Positions 27,735 through 40,379 of a stretch of 64,000 bases of DNA are shown here, piece after piece. The stretch spans positions 15,175,984 to 15,239,983 of the forward strand of contig JAHRHZ010000039.1 of assembly GCA_024137785.1 (NCBI GenBank), written 5' to 3'. Numbering within the stretch: position 1 is the stretch's first letter; every line of letters starts with the position of its first letter. The notes under the pieces are model-generated. The model was given only the letters and a program-made list of their open reading frames with translations. It made no database searches and had not been told where the DNA came from. Both the position numbers and the translations under genes were made by a program. This DNA is from Ginglymostoma cirratum. Lineage: Eukaryota.

Positions 27735-28045
27735 ATACTTGGGAATAAGGAGCAAAAAGAGGTCTCTTGTCCCTCAAACATGCTCCACTAGTCAGTAAGA
27801 TCACAGCTGATCTGATTCTACATTCAAGCCTCCCAAATAACTACCCAGCTGTTTGCCTACTGTGATGCTTTCTATTTCTGCATCAAAAACATTCAACGAC
27901 TCTGCTTCCGGAGCCTTTTGTAGAAGGGGAAACATGTTCTCCTCACATCTGCCTTAAATGGATGGCCCATTCTTTTGAAACAGTGACCCCTAGTTTTAGA
28001 TTTTCTCACAAGAGGAAACATCTTTTCCATATCTATTTTGGCGAA
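27735..28045 (-). mobile_element. CR1 3' fragment
   Basis: The minus ORF reads IDMEKMFPLVRKSKTRGHCFKRMGHPFKADVRR. Confidence 0.7.
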
Positions 28046-28142
28046 GCCTAGTTGCACTTGAGAAAGCAGCAGTGAGCTGTCTTCTAAACTGCTGCAGTCC
28101 ATTGTGCTAAGTGTCCACTGAGAAAGCAACATGAAGCAGACA

Positions 28143-28311
28143 AAGATAATAGGAACTGCAGATGCTGGAGAATCCGAGATAACAAGGTGGAGAGCTGGAT
28201 GAACACAACAGGCCAAGCAGCATCATAGGAGCAGGAAAGCTTGACGTTTAGGGCCTAGACGCTTCATCAAAAAAAGGGTCTCGGCCCAAAACGTCAAGCT
28301 TTCCTGCTGTT
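28143..28311 (-). mobile_element. Penelope-derived insertion with two head-to-head decayed hammerhead cores and a 12-bp TSD
   Basis: agcaggaaagcttgacgttt...ttcatca is followed by its inverse agggtctcggcccaaaacgtcaagctttcctgct. ATGAAGCAGACA occurs at 28131-28142 and 28312-28323. Confidence 0.8.
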
Positions 28312-29024
28312 ATGAAGCAGACAGAGGCTGGCAGCCTCCAAGAATGGAGTAACGTGATTGTGCACTAAGAAAGCAAGTAAAGAGGCATAAGACGCATCCT
28401 GTTTTGATGCATGAGATACTTGTGGATTGAAGTACACAATGTGACCTGGCAGCAACATGCCAGTCCTAGATATCCCCGAGCTCCAAAGTAGCATGTTGAC
28501 GTTATGCCTGAGCTTGTCAAAGAACAGGCTTGGTGATGTGGTAAGGTTGCTAGTTTGTCAATAAAGGATCAAGGAGGATGGTAACTAGGGAACATGCAGT
28601 GATGTGGTTACGTGGTTACTGGGACAAACTTTTGACAAGCTGCAACTGGCAGGTATTGATCTAATTTTCTGTTAGGGAATTTATGCCATCTATTTCCTCA
28701 GTGAAGGAGGGGAAATTTAGAAGTGGAATTTAAATAAGGTGTATTGGGGTTTGATGAGACGCAAATGCATGGAGATATTGTAGTCCCCACTCAATGGTGA
28801 GATCTTCAATCTGCCATTTATAGCTTGAGGGACAAAGTTGAAAAAAAAATCTCAGCATTGAGATTCAGAATTTTTTCATGCGCACCATATTTTTCACCTT
28901 TCTCTCACTGGTCATGCTACACCACTGAGGGAATAATTCCAATCCATATATGAGCTGTCAGCATTTATGAAAATCAATCAATACTCCTTCTGCTCCTGAT
29001 CCTGAGCATCTGCTGAAAATATGT

Positions 29025-29132
29025 ATCAGAGATTTTCTGATGAAGTGTTTAGGCCCGAAACGTCAAGTTTTCCTGCTCCTATGATGCTGCTTGACCTGCT
29101 GTGTTCATCCAGCCCCATACTTGTTATCTCTA
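29025..29132 (+). mobile_element. ~108-bp hammerhead-bearing Penelope-derived insertion with a 14-bp TSD
   Basis: CTGATGA-A-GTGT-TTAG-GCCC-GAAA-CGTC at 29037-29064. TGCTGAAAATATGT occurs at 29011-29024 and 29133-29146. Confidence 0.8.
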
Positions 29133-29347
29133 TGCTGAAAATATGTTCTGCTCCAGTTTGAACTGATCCTAGTCGAGGTAAATTGAGTGTTATCTGACTT
29201 ATCCCAGCAAATTCTGGTCCACCTCCCATATTAATTATGGTGAAGTTATCCATTATATTTGCAAGTTTCTTTTTCTTAGGTTATTGTCCAATCCTTCTAA
29301 TCCACTCAATGACTATCAAAAATTCATGATAAGATTGTTGAACAATG

Positions 29348-30374
29348 CAGTACTTCCTGCTATTACACGTGTTTTGTCAACCTGAATTGGCTCTAATGTA
29401 ATTGATGAATAGGTGAACACTGTTTGTAAAACGCAAACTTACACATACGATTTTTGGCTATTACGTGATTCCATCCCCAACACTTTAAGTGTAGTGGTGC
29501 ACGGAAGAATACAATGTTTACGCTAACAGAGTTTCCACATTGACATCACATTTCAAGAGGGTGGATGTTGAAGAGCTGCTTGAGTCCCGTTGTGAAGACC
29601 TCTCTACAGCTGAACTATAACAGCTTGTTGCTGAGGGGGAAATGCAAGTTGGAGACGAAGAGGGTGGAGTCCAGGATGCAGCACCAGGAGAGCTTTTAGA
29701 TTCTCCTTTGTCTTCTGTCCTGAGGGAAGTTGAGAAGCAGTTGCAACAATTAGAGGACGACGATTACAAAGCAGAATGCCTCAGGATAGCAATTCGTGGA
29801 ATAAGGTCTTATTTGGCCCCCTGTGAACAGCTTCCTTATGAGAGAGGAAAAATAGAAAAGCAGCAAAACCTAGAAGTCTTTTTTTAAGCCTACCCCCAAG
29901 AAACAGTCAGAAGACAATGAACTGCAGTCATCCACTTCTGGGATTAACTATTTTTCATCCTAACCCTGCAACCACAACTGCACCTAAAGGTGATGATGAT
30001 GATAACCCTCAGCCCCCGTCTTAACAACTCAGCAACCCCCAAAACCAACCTCTTGGCCTGCTGTGTTCATCCAGCCTCATGCTTGTTATCTCAGATTCTC
30101 CAGCATCTGCAGTACCTTTTATTTCTCTTCCCCCTATCAAGTTGTCTTCAATTTTTTTTCAAGGTAAAGTGTTAAATTTACTGTATTATTTCATTATCAG
30201 GTAAGAATTTAACATTTATTTAAACTGAGCAATCAATTGCGTTCGACTAACTACCATATTTGTTTTGATTTTGAGTAATATTTTTCGTGGTCTGCCCCAA
30301 CCCCATTTTTTCCATAAGCCCTGTCATTTGTATTGCACAAGGGCGCAACTATCGCGTGAGAGCAGAAAGGACTG
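29348..30374 (+). mobile_element. Internally deleted Tigger/pogo-type DNA transposon
   Basis: Imperfect TIRs CAGTACTTCCTGCTATTACACG and (rc) CAGTCCTTTCTGCTCTCACGCG, with the right end followed by TA. The interior encodes DVEELLES..EDLS..EL...KQQNLEVFF, resembling the Tigger1/TIGD1 transposase C-terminus. Confidence 0.75.
30052..30126 (+). mobile_element. Penelope-derived tail fragment nested in the Tigger element
   Basis: cttggcctgctgtgttcatccagc...ttgttatctcagattctccagcatctgcagtac. Confidence 0.65.
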
Positions 30375-30388
30375 TATATAATTGTTTT

Positions 30389-30800
30389 CATTAGAAAAAA
30401 GGAGATTGAGGGGGGACCTGATTGAGGTCTTCAAAATCATGAAGGGTATAGACAGGGTTGATAGAGATAAGCTTTTTCCCAGGGTGAGGGATTCAATAAC
30501 GAGGGGTCACGCGTTCAAGGTGAGAAGAGAAAAGTTTAAGGGGGATACACGGGGAAAGTACTTTACACAGAGGGTGGTAGGTGCCTGGAACGCGTTGCCA
30601 GCAGAGGTAGTAGAGGCAGGCACGGTAGATTCATTTAAGGTGCGTCTGGACAGATGCATGAGTAGGTGGGGAGCAGAGGGATACAGATCCTTAGGAATTG
30701 GGCGATAGGTTTAGACAGTGGATTTGGATCGGCACAGGCTTGGAGGGCCGAAGGGCCTGTTCCTGGGCTGTAAGTTTTCTTTGTTCTTTGTTCTTTGTTC
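30389..30800 (+). mobile_element. Young 5'-truncated CR1/HER1 LINE with microsatellite tail and 12-bp TSD
   Basis: Open frame SLEKRRLRGDLIEVFKIMKG...FTQRVVGAWNALP and a (TTTGTTC)3 tail. TATAATTGTTTT occurs at 30377-30388 and 30801-30812. Confidence 0.9.
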
Positions 30801-31544
30801 TATAATTGTTTTGTCACTCTGTATTTGTTTCTTTTGCAAAACACTGTAAAGCTGTGCCCTCTGATTCTCAATCCATTTGCAACTGAGAGGCGTTTCTCCC
30901 TATATACTCTGTCCAGACCTTCATGATCTCGAAAACTTCAACCAAATCTTTTTCTGTGACAGACATCACATTACTTCAGTGCCAGGATATTATATCGACA
31001 CAAATTAACTATCAAATATAATATTATAAACATCTGCCACTTATCCTTTTGACTTTCCATCCCAGCCTTGGACTAAGTAAATCTTTTTCTACACATCCTT
31101 TCCCTATCCTTGGAAGATTTTCTATCTTTTACTGTTCCTTGAATTCTTCAAGCTTTGCTCCTGTTGTTCATTTTGAATGTCAGAACAACTTTCTTTTAGA
31201 AAAGTTGCTTCTTGTCTTGGACTTAAGACCCTCCTTTGAACATTTATCACATTATAATCATAAGAATTTAAGATCAAAATTAACATGCAGCTCTAGACAA
31301 CTTTGCATGACAAAAATGTACTAGAACAGAATCATAATGTTACCTTAGTCACATAAACGTAAATTCAGTGATTATGTACTTCCAGCAGGAAGTGGTAAAC
31401 ACCAAAATGCCAACTCCCTGCCCTGTACTTCTTTTGAAGTATAGATTTCTAGTGGGATTGCAGGCTCACTGAAGTACTGTACCTCTATGTTACAAGATTT
31501 GCATTTCTATGAAACAGAATGATTCAAGGTTTCTTCGGGAAGTG

Positions 31545-31930
31545 AAGGCTCAGGGAAGATTTGGTTGAAGTTTTCAATATCATGAAGGTCTGGATAGAGT
31601 ATATAGGGAGAAACTGCTGTCAGTTGCAAATGGATTGGGAATCAGAGGGCACAGCTTTACAACATTTTGCAGAAGAAGCAAATACAGAGTGACAAAACAA
31701 TTTTTCACACAGCGATTCATTCAGCTTTGAGATACACTACCTGAAGTTGTGGTGGAGATAGATTCAATTAAAGCATTCAAAAGGACACTGCTTCTATTTT
31801 TAAAAAAATTGTCCAATGTACAGAGTTATGGGGAAAGGTCAGGAAGTTTGACACCAAGTCCAAATGGTCACATGACTGGTGCAGATAAGACAGGCAGAGT
31901 GGTGTTCTTCTGTTTTGTGACAATTCTTGA
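31545..31930 (+). mobile_element. Decayed CR1 3' fragment
   Basis: aggctcagggaagatttggttgaagttttcaatatcatgaagg...cagagggcacagcttta...tttttcacacagcga...ggtggagatagattcaat. Confidence 0.6.
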
Positions 31931-33379
31931 TATATTTAATAGACAGTGTACCCTGTTCGAGATTTTTGTTTGTTCAGAAACACTGCTTATGTTCATTAAA
32001 AAAAAATTAATTATGTTTGTAGAAGCTTTATTTGTTAGTTGACTGGTGTATATAAATTGTGATGACCCCAATCCAGAGTCTGTAATTGGCTTTATGAATA
32101 ATGAAAAAGACTTTTAAAAGTTTGCATTAATTTTCAGGGGATCAAAGATGTTAGCATACAAGTGACTTTTGAAACCTTGAAAAATTCCTCAAAAATGTGG
32201 GTTGACTTATACGTTAAGTATAAAAGTGAAATGATGGCATGGGTGGTCAACATTTTGAAATATCACCTGCTGCTGACTCAAAGACAGGTGTGTCTTAAAC
32301 CACCTTGCACATTTGCAACACACGATTAATCCGTTATGCCTAACTGTAAGGTACCAATTAAGCAAATATGTATTTGTGAGGAGAAAACAGAGGCCGACTA
32401 CTAAATGAGAGTTTAACTTTTGGTTGGACATGTTACAATGCAGAGTATGTATAAAAACATGATTATTGGGACTGAAACAAAATGGGATGGTTTTGTGTGC
32501 CAAGTCAACTTGTATGCTAGGATTTATGGTAATTTTCTTGAATATAACCTGGCATATAACCTGGCAACCCTTGACTGAAAGCAGTATCAAATGGAAGACA
32601 GTTAATATATGAGCATCATGTGACTGGAGGTAAAGGACAAATACAGACATAAAGGAGAGCTATAGCACAGCTTTTGAAGGATGAAGCCCACATTGAGACA
32701 TGACTGCAGTCAGAGAAAATGTGAAACATCAAATTTTTGTGAGTAGAAACTAATATTTTTCTATCAATAAGAGTTCAGTTCTTCAGTCTGATAGAAAATG
32801 AGATATGAATTCTGGAGACACTTTGAGAATTGGTCTGAATCCTGGAAAGCTGTATGAATAGGTTGGAGAAGCTAAAGAGCCAAGTATTTCCCCAGAAGTG
32901 AACTTTGGAAAGCTACTCCATCAGATTTGTTGATATCATTGGAAAAGAGAATTGTACTAACGTGTCTTGCTGATGAAAGCCGTTGTTGGATAGGATTCCT
33001 CAAACAACCTGCATGAATAAAGAACAGCATGTGTGGTACTGTATAGCCATGCAGTGCCACCCGTTTGTGAAGGATAATGAATGCATGCAATTACATAAAA
33101 TGTATCTTTGCTCATCTATTTAAAGTGGAATTTCCTTTTTCTATTTGAAGTTTTTTTTATCTTTTAATTCATGTTTAATTTGTGTTGGCTGATTCATTTT
33201 AAAAGTCAAAAGGTACAGAAAGAAAACTATCTTGTTAGTAACTTCTTCATTGGAGATAATTTAGTAAAAGTCCCCATGGGGATCATCCCAAAATAATTGA
33301 TTGCCAACCTAGAGAAGAAGTATATCCTGGAAGAAGTACCATCCTGTTACTGACTACAGCTGAGAGCATGTGAATATGC

Positions 33380-33685
33380 CTAGTCTCTGCTTTGGGTAGG
33401 ACACTAAACCAAGGTTCCACATTTCACTCTTAGGCAGTCATAAGGGAGTACGGCACTTTTCTTGAAGAAGGCAGGAAGTTCTTCCGGTTTCTTGACATAT
33501 ATTTATCTCTCAATAAACGTCTAAAAACAAATTATCAGATTTTTCTGGGACCTCATTGTTTTTGGGACCTCATTGATGACAACCATTGTTGTCATGCTTT
33601 GCTACATTCCACTTCAAAAAGGACCTCATCACGACATCTTGGAATGTCCTGAGGTTGTGAAAGGTATCATAGAAAATAAGTTACT
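33380..33685 (+). mobile_element. DeuSINE-like relic
   Basis: gaagaaggcaggaagttctt...atatttatctctcaa...ttggaatgtcctgaggttgtgaaaggtatcatagaaaataagtt. Confidence 0.45.
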
Positions 33686-33720
33686 CCGTCTTTTCGTTTC
33701 ATGGTTCATGCTGTATAAAA

Positions 33721-34050
33721 GGGTGGCATGGTGGCGCAGTGGCCCAGTGGTTAGCACTGCTGCCTCACAGCACCAGGGACCCAGGTTCATTTCCAGCCTT
33801 GGGCAACTGTCTACATGGAGTTTGCATGTTCTCCCTGTGTCTGCATGGGTTTCCTCTGGGTGCTCCAGTTTCTTCCCACAATCCAAAGGTGTGCAGGCTA
33901 GGCAAATTGGCTATGCTAAATTGCCCATAGTGTTCAGGGATGCATAGATTAGGTGGGTTGTAAGGGGATGGGTCTGGGTGGGATGCTGTGAGGGTCGGTG
34001 TGGACTTGTTGGGCCAAAGGGCATGTTTCCACACTATAGGGATTCTATGA
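33721..34050 (+). mobile_element. Full-length HE1-type (V-SINE) tRNA-derived SINE
   Basis: tRNA-like head TGGCCCAGTGGTTAGCACTGCTGCCTCACAGC...GGTTCATTTCC, V-domain GGAGTTTGCATGTTCTCCCTGTGTCTGCATGGGTTTCCTC, and CR1/HER1-like tail GGGCCAAAGGGCATGTTTCCACACTATAGGGATTCTATG. Confidence 0.9.
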
Positions 34051-37000
34051 TAATCTCTACATTATGTGTTTCAAAACTGCATGTTCCATCACAGATTCAA
34101 ATGGCCTTGTTTGTCTGGTTAACTTTTTTCCCCATTAAGCATTGTTGGGTGCTCCAAGCACGCAGAGGTGAGTTTTGGTGAATAAATATACTGCCACAGT
34201 GATCTATCAGTTCTTTGTAATAAGGTGATCATAATGATGCAATATATATTTTTACTTTTGTTTCTATTCTATTTAGAGGGATCTACTTATATGAAGAAAC
34301 CAACCAGTGTTTCCGGCAATGCTCAAACTTTGTCTCGTGTCACTCAACTACTACTTCCTGATTTACTTAATATGCTTGTCAACACTTTTCATTGTTACTG
34401 TTGCCTTAGACCCTTAGCTTTTAGACAAAGCAATTGTTGCAATTTTTCATGGTGACTTAATTTCTATATTTCTTGCAATCTTCCAGGTGGGCAACATGAT
34501 GCAGTTTGCAGCTGCAATATCAATTCTACCAATCACAGCATAAAAAAACACACCGTAAGATTGGTGTCTCATTTTCTACTTAAATTGCCTCAGATGTGCT
34601 GACTGAAATGATTTCACAAATACATTTCAGAACATGCGACTCCCTACTTTGATAAGAAAATAGCATAACGCCTGATCAGTGTGATTGCTGTTGTTAGGTA
34701 GTTGCTGTTTTTTATATAATGTGGCTGTCCTATTTTAATCCTCTCCCCACCTACAAGGTTAAAGTCAATGACAGAAATTATGTATGAATGACAGTAGTCA
34801 CACTTTTGATACCCTGTAGAATATGTTTGAAAAGAAACAGCTCACCAAGTTGGTATTTTGCTGGAGGTGCAGTATTGTATGATCATATCCATTGTCCCCA
34901 AAGTGGGATATGATCTTTAGATTAGTCACTATTTTACAATATTGCTTGTTAATACTGCTGTTTAAATTTGAATAACAAAGGCTGTAAGATTACAATGCTT
35001 TAAATTAATCCTCAGGATTTGGGCATCACTGCTAAGGCCTATATTAATGTGCCATGGAGGTGATGGACAGTCTTCTTTTTGAATCAGTGCAGTGCAACAT
35101 TTTAATAAAGCCAAGTGGCTTGTTAAACTAATTCAGAGAACAATTAAGAGCTAACATGTTGGAGTTGGACTGAAGTAACGTATAGGCCATACCTGATACA
35201 GATGATGAGCTTCCTTTCCTAAATGACATTGGTAAAGCATTTAGATTGCTATGGCAATTTGTGATTACTTTTTCTCAAACCTAGCTCTCTAGTTTTATGT
35301 ATAGAAAAGCTGTAGTTTTTTTTACAGAAAAGAACTTCCTACACAAGATTCACCTCAAAATGTCTGAATATTTATAAAACCCTCACTACATTTTCTTAGT
35401 TTTAAAAGGAGTTTCTATGTACATACTCTTTACAACACACTTATGTTCAGACCTCTTGTAGAGAAATTTCTCCAGATTCTGAAGAGCATCTTGGTACAAG
35501 TTTTGCACTTGCCCTTTGTTCTTTCAATGTGACTGCTCAGTGGTGCTCTCTGCTGAACTAGGCTCTTTATCTTGTTTGTTACTTCTATCCACATCATGTT
35601 CCATGGCTTTGTGATTACTTTCTTGGACACCAGTTTCTCTTTCGCTTGTATTTTTAACCTGAATTCACAAGCTCAAATTGTAATGGTATGATCTGAACTC
35701 TCTCCAAATTACTAGTTGAATAATATAATTGCCAAACAAATGAATTGCTTATTAACAGCACAGACCTTTGGCAGAAAATCAACATTCTGACTTCAATGGG
35801 CTTTAATAGTTCAAAAAGAAATATTATACTGCCCTGTCCTGGAATCCATCAGAAGAAATAAAACCTGGACAAGCATAAGAGATGATTACTAATGACAACT
35901 TACATTTATGCACTGACTTTCATGACTTCAGAGACCCTACAACCAATGAAATATAATTAAATAGTTGGTACTGGTGTAATACAATTGACAATAGCTCACT
36001 AAATGTAACATTGGGCTACAGGTCCAGAGGCTAAAACTAGTGTCTATGACAATAACCAGTAACTTCTAATTCCATGATTGCTGTTTGAAAACTGGAACTT
36101 AAAAACAAAATAGGAAGGATGGTAATATTGAAAAAGTGATAATGAAGCTTCTGGGTACAAGATGAGCATTAAATGATTTTTGATTTTGCTAGTGATACCC
36201 AAATGTTGAGAAGGGATAACAATGATAAAAAGATAACAACCAAACTTCAACCCGGAGTGAGATAACTGACCAGTTAATTTGTTTTTGAAGGATAAGTGTT
36301 GGCTTAAGTAAAATGCTCAGCTCTTTGTGATGGACAGTGGAACAGTGTGATGAATTGTAGAAAGGATATTAAACCATTTGAGTTCATCTGAATTAAAGCA
36401 AAGGTGGTTCATTATTTTCTATGGTTGAGGACTGTGACCTGGAACTGTGCCAGAATCCAGTAGGACTTCCATCCCATGGAGGTTAGAGCTGAGATAAATA
36501 ATGGGATCCAAAGAAATTGAGTCACATTTATTATAAGTACACTGCACAAAGGTTGACAAGAAAAACAGAAGAGAAACAAAAGGCTGTTAGAACATAGAAT
36601 GCTTTGCACAAGGCAATAGCTGAGGCTCAGAACATTTCAATGTTTGCATAAATATTTTAAGCAATGCAAGATTCAGCCTATAAGAGGTAGAGACAAGAAT
36701 AGCAGTATTAATGTTTAACTTAATAATACATGAACAGGAAAAAACATTCCCCCGCAAGTCTGCTCTATGATTTGATTTGTCCGTAAACTCAATTTATCTG
36801 CCCTCATTCCTAAGCCCTTGATGCTCCTACCAAATAAAATCCTATTAATTTTTCAGTCCAGAAAATTTCAGTTGACCCTGCATTTATAACCCATAATTGG
36901 AACTATTTCTGGTTTGAGTCACTTTTTCTTTACAATGAGAGACTAGTGGTGTTATATACTCTCATTGATAGCCTTTTTTTGCAGGCACATATTGTATCTG

Positions 37001-38229
37001 TGATTAGAGACTTGCAGTGTTATCAGCAAAGAGATCTGAGCTGTTTGATACTTTCTTGGATAAATTCAAAGTGAAAAGATCATGCTACTTGCTCTCAAAC
37101 CCATCTAGGAGATCTCATCAGGTCTAGATGATCACTTGCCTCTCAAATCCCTATGGTCAACCAGAAACATTCATTCTGCTAACAGTGTAATTGGGAAGCT
37201 ATATATTTACAGAAAAATTGGGAAACTTGGCATTTCTGATTTTTATTTTGGAAAGGACACCATTTGTCATCAAGTCAGCAAAGAAATGTCAACTTGATGG
37301 GCTTTTGATTAGTGAACTGCCTCAACAAAGATGAACTCATTTCACATATTAATGAAATTACATAGCAGTGTTTTAATTACAGCCTGCAAGTTGCTTCCAA
37401 AAAAAACATGAATCGATCAACTAATCTATTTCACAGCCAGATATTTGCCCTACGCTGCTTTAAATGGATCAATCAACATTAACTGGCTTTCTATTTAAAC
37501 CTAATTTGCATATTTGCTTTCTAGAAATACAAACTGCTCTTCAGTGTTTCTTCAGCTCCCCCATTCATGAACTTCCTCCCTCAAACTTTCAATATCCCTT
37601 AAATATCACTCAGAAATATTAACACTATGAAAGATTTCATACTCAAAATCGCATGTCATTATGTCGCACCTCAGTCCTTTCTGATCGATTTTCTTACAGT
37701 GTTTTAAATTGCATTTATAAATAATGAAATTTGATGCACCTTCACAATTATTCACTCTGGACTGAATTTCAACCTCTTCACTGCTCGTATTTAAATCTCT
37801 TTGTGGCCTCACTCCTCCATTTTCCTATGATCTAGCTGCTTCTTCACATCATCTAACAACCAACCTCCCCCTCTCCCTCCCACACGTTGTCCTAAATCCC
37901 TGAAGCTCCGATTCAAGCTTCTTCCACATCAGGTCCCCTTTTTGCTCCATTATTGAAATGATACTTTCAGCTACATAGGCCCCGCACTGAAACATACACT
38001 CTGTAATGCATCATTTCCTTATTCTGTAAGATCCCCATTAAATATCACCTCTTCATTCTAAGCTTTGGCCACCGTTCCTTCTTCCACTTGCTATTTGTTT
38101 TGTTTATTCTGATGACACTTCTGTGCAAAATTTTGGGATACCTTTCCTTGTTAAAACAATCATGAACATCAAAGCTGATGTTTTTGAGCTGTAGGCGATT
38201 TACTTTTCAGAGAAAGTAGTGAGGTAACA

Positions 38230-39200
38230 GGCATCAGTAGTTGAAGACGTCTGTGGGTGTTATCTGGGAAAGAGGATATTGAACAGTGACATAATGGAAA
38301 TTTTGAAGATTACAAAGGAAATAGATAAAACTGGCACAGGCAAATTGCTCGTGTTGGGGAAAGGTTCACATATCAAGGAATACATATTAAAAATTAAAAA
38401 ATCTTGCTCAAGTTTGTTACCCAGAGTATAATAGTCATAGAATACAAACTAGGTTTTGTGCCTTCCTCTTGCTGATTTTGGTTCTGGGATCTGGGCAGCA
38501 TTAAATCAGAAGGGAGGGTTGGGGACCCAGTTCTCCAATGAATGGCAATGTGAAATTATTCTCTTTAGCAGAAAGAATGGGAAAGTGGAATCCTTTTTAA
38601 AAGTCAAGGAGCAATATGTTTGCAAGAGACATTGGAGTTTCTTGCATAGAAGTTATTAAACGTTAACATGCAGATACAGCAAACAGATGAAATAACAAAA
38701 GAAGATGTTAGCCTGCCTTGCGAGGTATTAAGAGTATAACATTAAATAAGTCTTCCTAAGATTAGATGGGACATTAGCGAGAGGACTCCTGGGTACTATT
38801 TATAGTTTGGTCACTGTACTCAAGGGAGGGTCTACTTGTCTTGGAGACAGTACAGTGAAGGTGCATTCAGAGTGAGACAGTAGCCCCATGGGACTGGATT
38901 GTTTCACACAAACCACTAGTCTCTGGAAGTTAGAAGAATGAGAAATGATTGAAATGTATTTCATGCTGAGATGATTTATCACGCTAGATGCTGACAGACT
39001 TTTTTTTTTCCCAAACTGAAGAGTGTACAACACGCTTTCATAGTCTCAATGAGGAGTCAGTCACTAAGCAACATGAAAGCAGACATTTCTACACTCAGGC
39101 TGTGTGTGTATTCACCGCTAAGATCAGTAGATTTTAGACACTGGTGGAGAAGACTTGATGGGTCAAATAGCCTCATTCTGCTCCTGTATCTTATGGACAC
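38230..39200 (+). mobile_element. Decayed CR1 fragments
   Basis: Residual motifs (aaatgtgaaattatt...agcagaaagaatggg; gttagaagaatgagaaatgattgaaatgta; gggtcaaatagcctcattctgctcctgtatcttatg). Confidence 0.55.
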
Positions 39201-40014
39201 TAAGGGCATTGAGAGATAAGGTGATAAGGTGGGAAAGCAGAACTGAAGTCATCATTTAGCAGACTCAAGGGGGCAAATAGCATTCTTCTTTCTGTTGATT
39301 CTATATTGTTCATATGATATGTATTGGCCTGTAAATAGTACCAAGGATGAAAGGCTGTATGCATGAAAAAACAGCTTTGTACTGTAGCAGGAGAAATTGT
39401 TAAGAAAGGTAAAGGAAAGAAGTGGAAACTGTAACACATATTTCAGCAAGTGCCTGAAGGACTTTTGGTACAAGAAACTACTTTGAACTGCAGCCATTAT
39501 TGTTGCATGTACAAACACAGCATTTATTTTCTACAACTATTTGATTCAAAAGCAATTGCTGCAAACTGTGCCAGACCCATTTCTAAGTCTTGATATATTG
39601 CTGTACTCTAGATTACAAATATGATCACGTTAATAGTCAAAGTACTTCTTCTTGCTGTGGATATTGACTCCTATGGCTCTGTATTTGTTAAGAAAGTAGC
39701 AAGACCTTGGAATGCAACAAAGCAACTCAATTGTGACAACGTCAGTATCACTGTGTCTCAGGCACACTTAATGACCAAATTAACAAGAAGCCAGGCCCGA
39801 GTGAGATGAATGTCCCACTGAGTAATCAGATCCATTTTTGTTTTGAAATACAGAGAAAATAATCAAGTTTGTAGGATTCTTAATGCAGACAGATTAACTC
39901 ATTTTGACCAACCCCCATGACGTGTCTATGTTGACCCCCTTTGGAGTGTCTGTATTGATGCTTTCAAACAATCCCTTTAAAGAGTGGCAGAGAAACTGGT
40001 CAATAATTGGTCTT

Positions 40015-40375
40015 GGTAGAATAGCAGAATTATACAGCAGAGAAGGAATCCAGGCAGGCCATCGTGCCTACATTATTTATCGAGTACAACTATCCAATTA
40101 GTCAACTTCCCCCATCCTTTCCCCAGATCTCTACTCTTTCTGCCTTTACTATCTATTTAATTTCATTCCAAATTATTATTAAATTATTGAATCTCCTTCC
40201 AGCAATCATTTGACAGTGCATTCCAGATCACAACAACTTTGCTTCTGTTCCTTTGCTAATTACCTTAAATCTGTGCCCACTGGTTACTAACCATTCTATC
40301 ACTGGAAACAATTTCTACTTATTTAGTCTATCAAATCGGTTGATTCCCACAATTGGTTCTTAAATGTCTCTGCTT
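40015..40375 (-). mobile_element. Decayed CR1 3' fragment
   Basis: gtgcattccagatcacaacaac...accttaaatctgtgcccactggtt...ggaaacaatttctact, the reverse complement of a CR1 3' end. Confidence 0.5.
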
Positions 40376-40379
40376 TCAG

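Noticed and set aside
33725-33800. tRNA gene
   Set aside because: It is the tRNA-derived head of an HE1/V-SINE and runs straight into the V domain.
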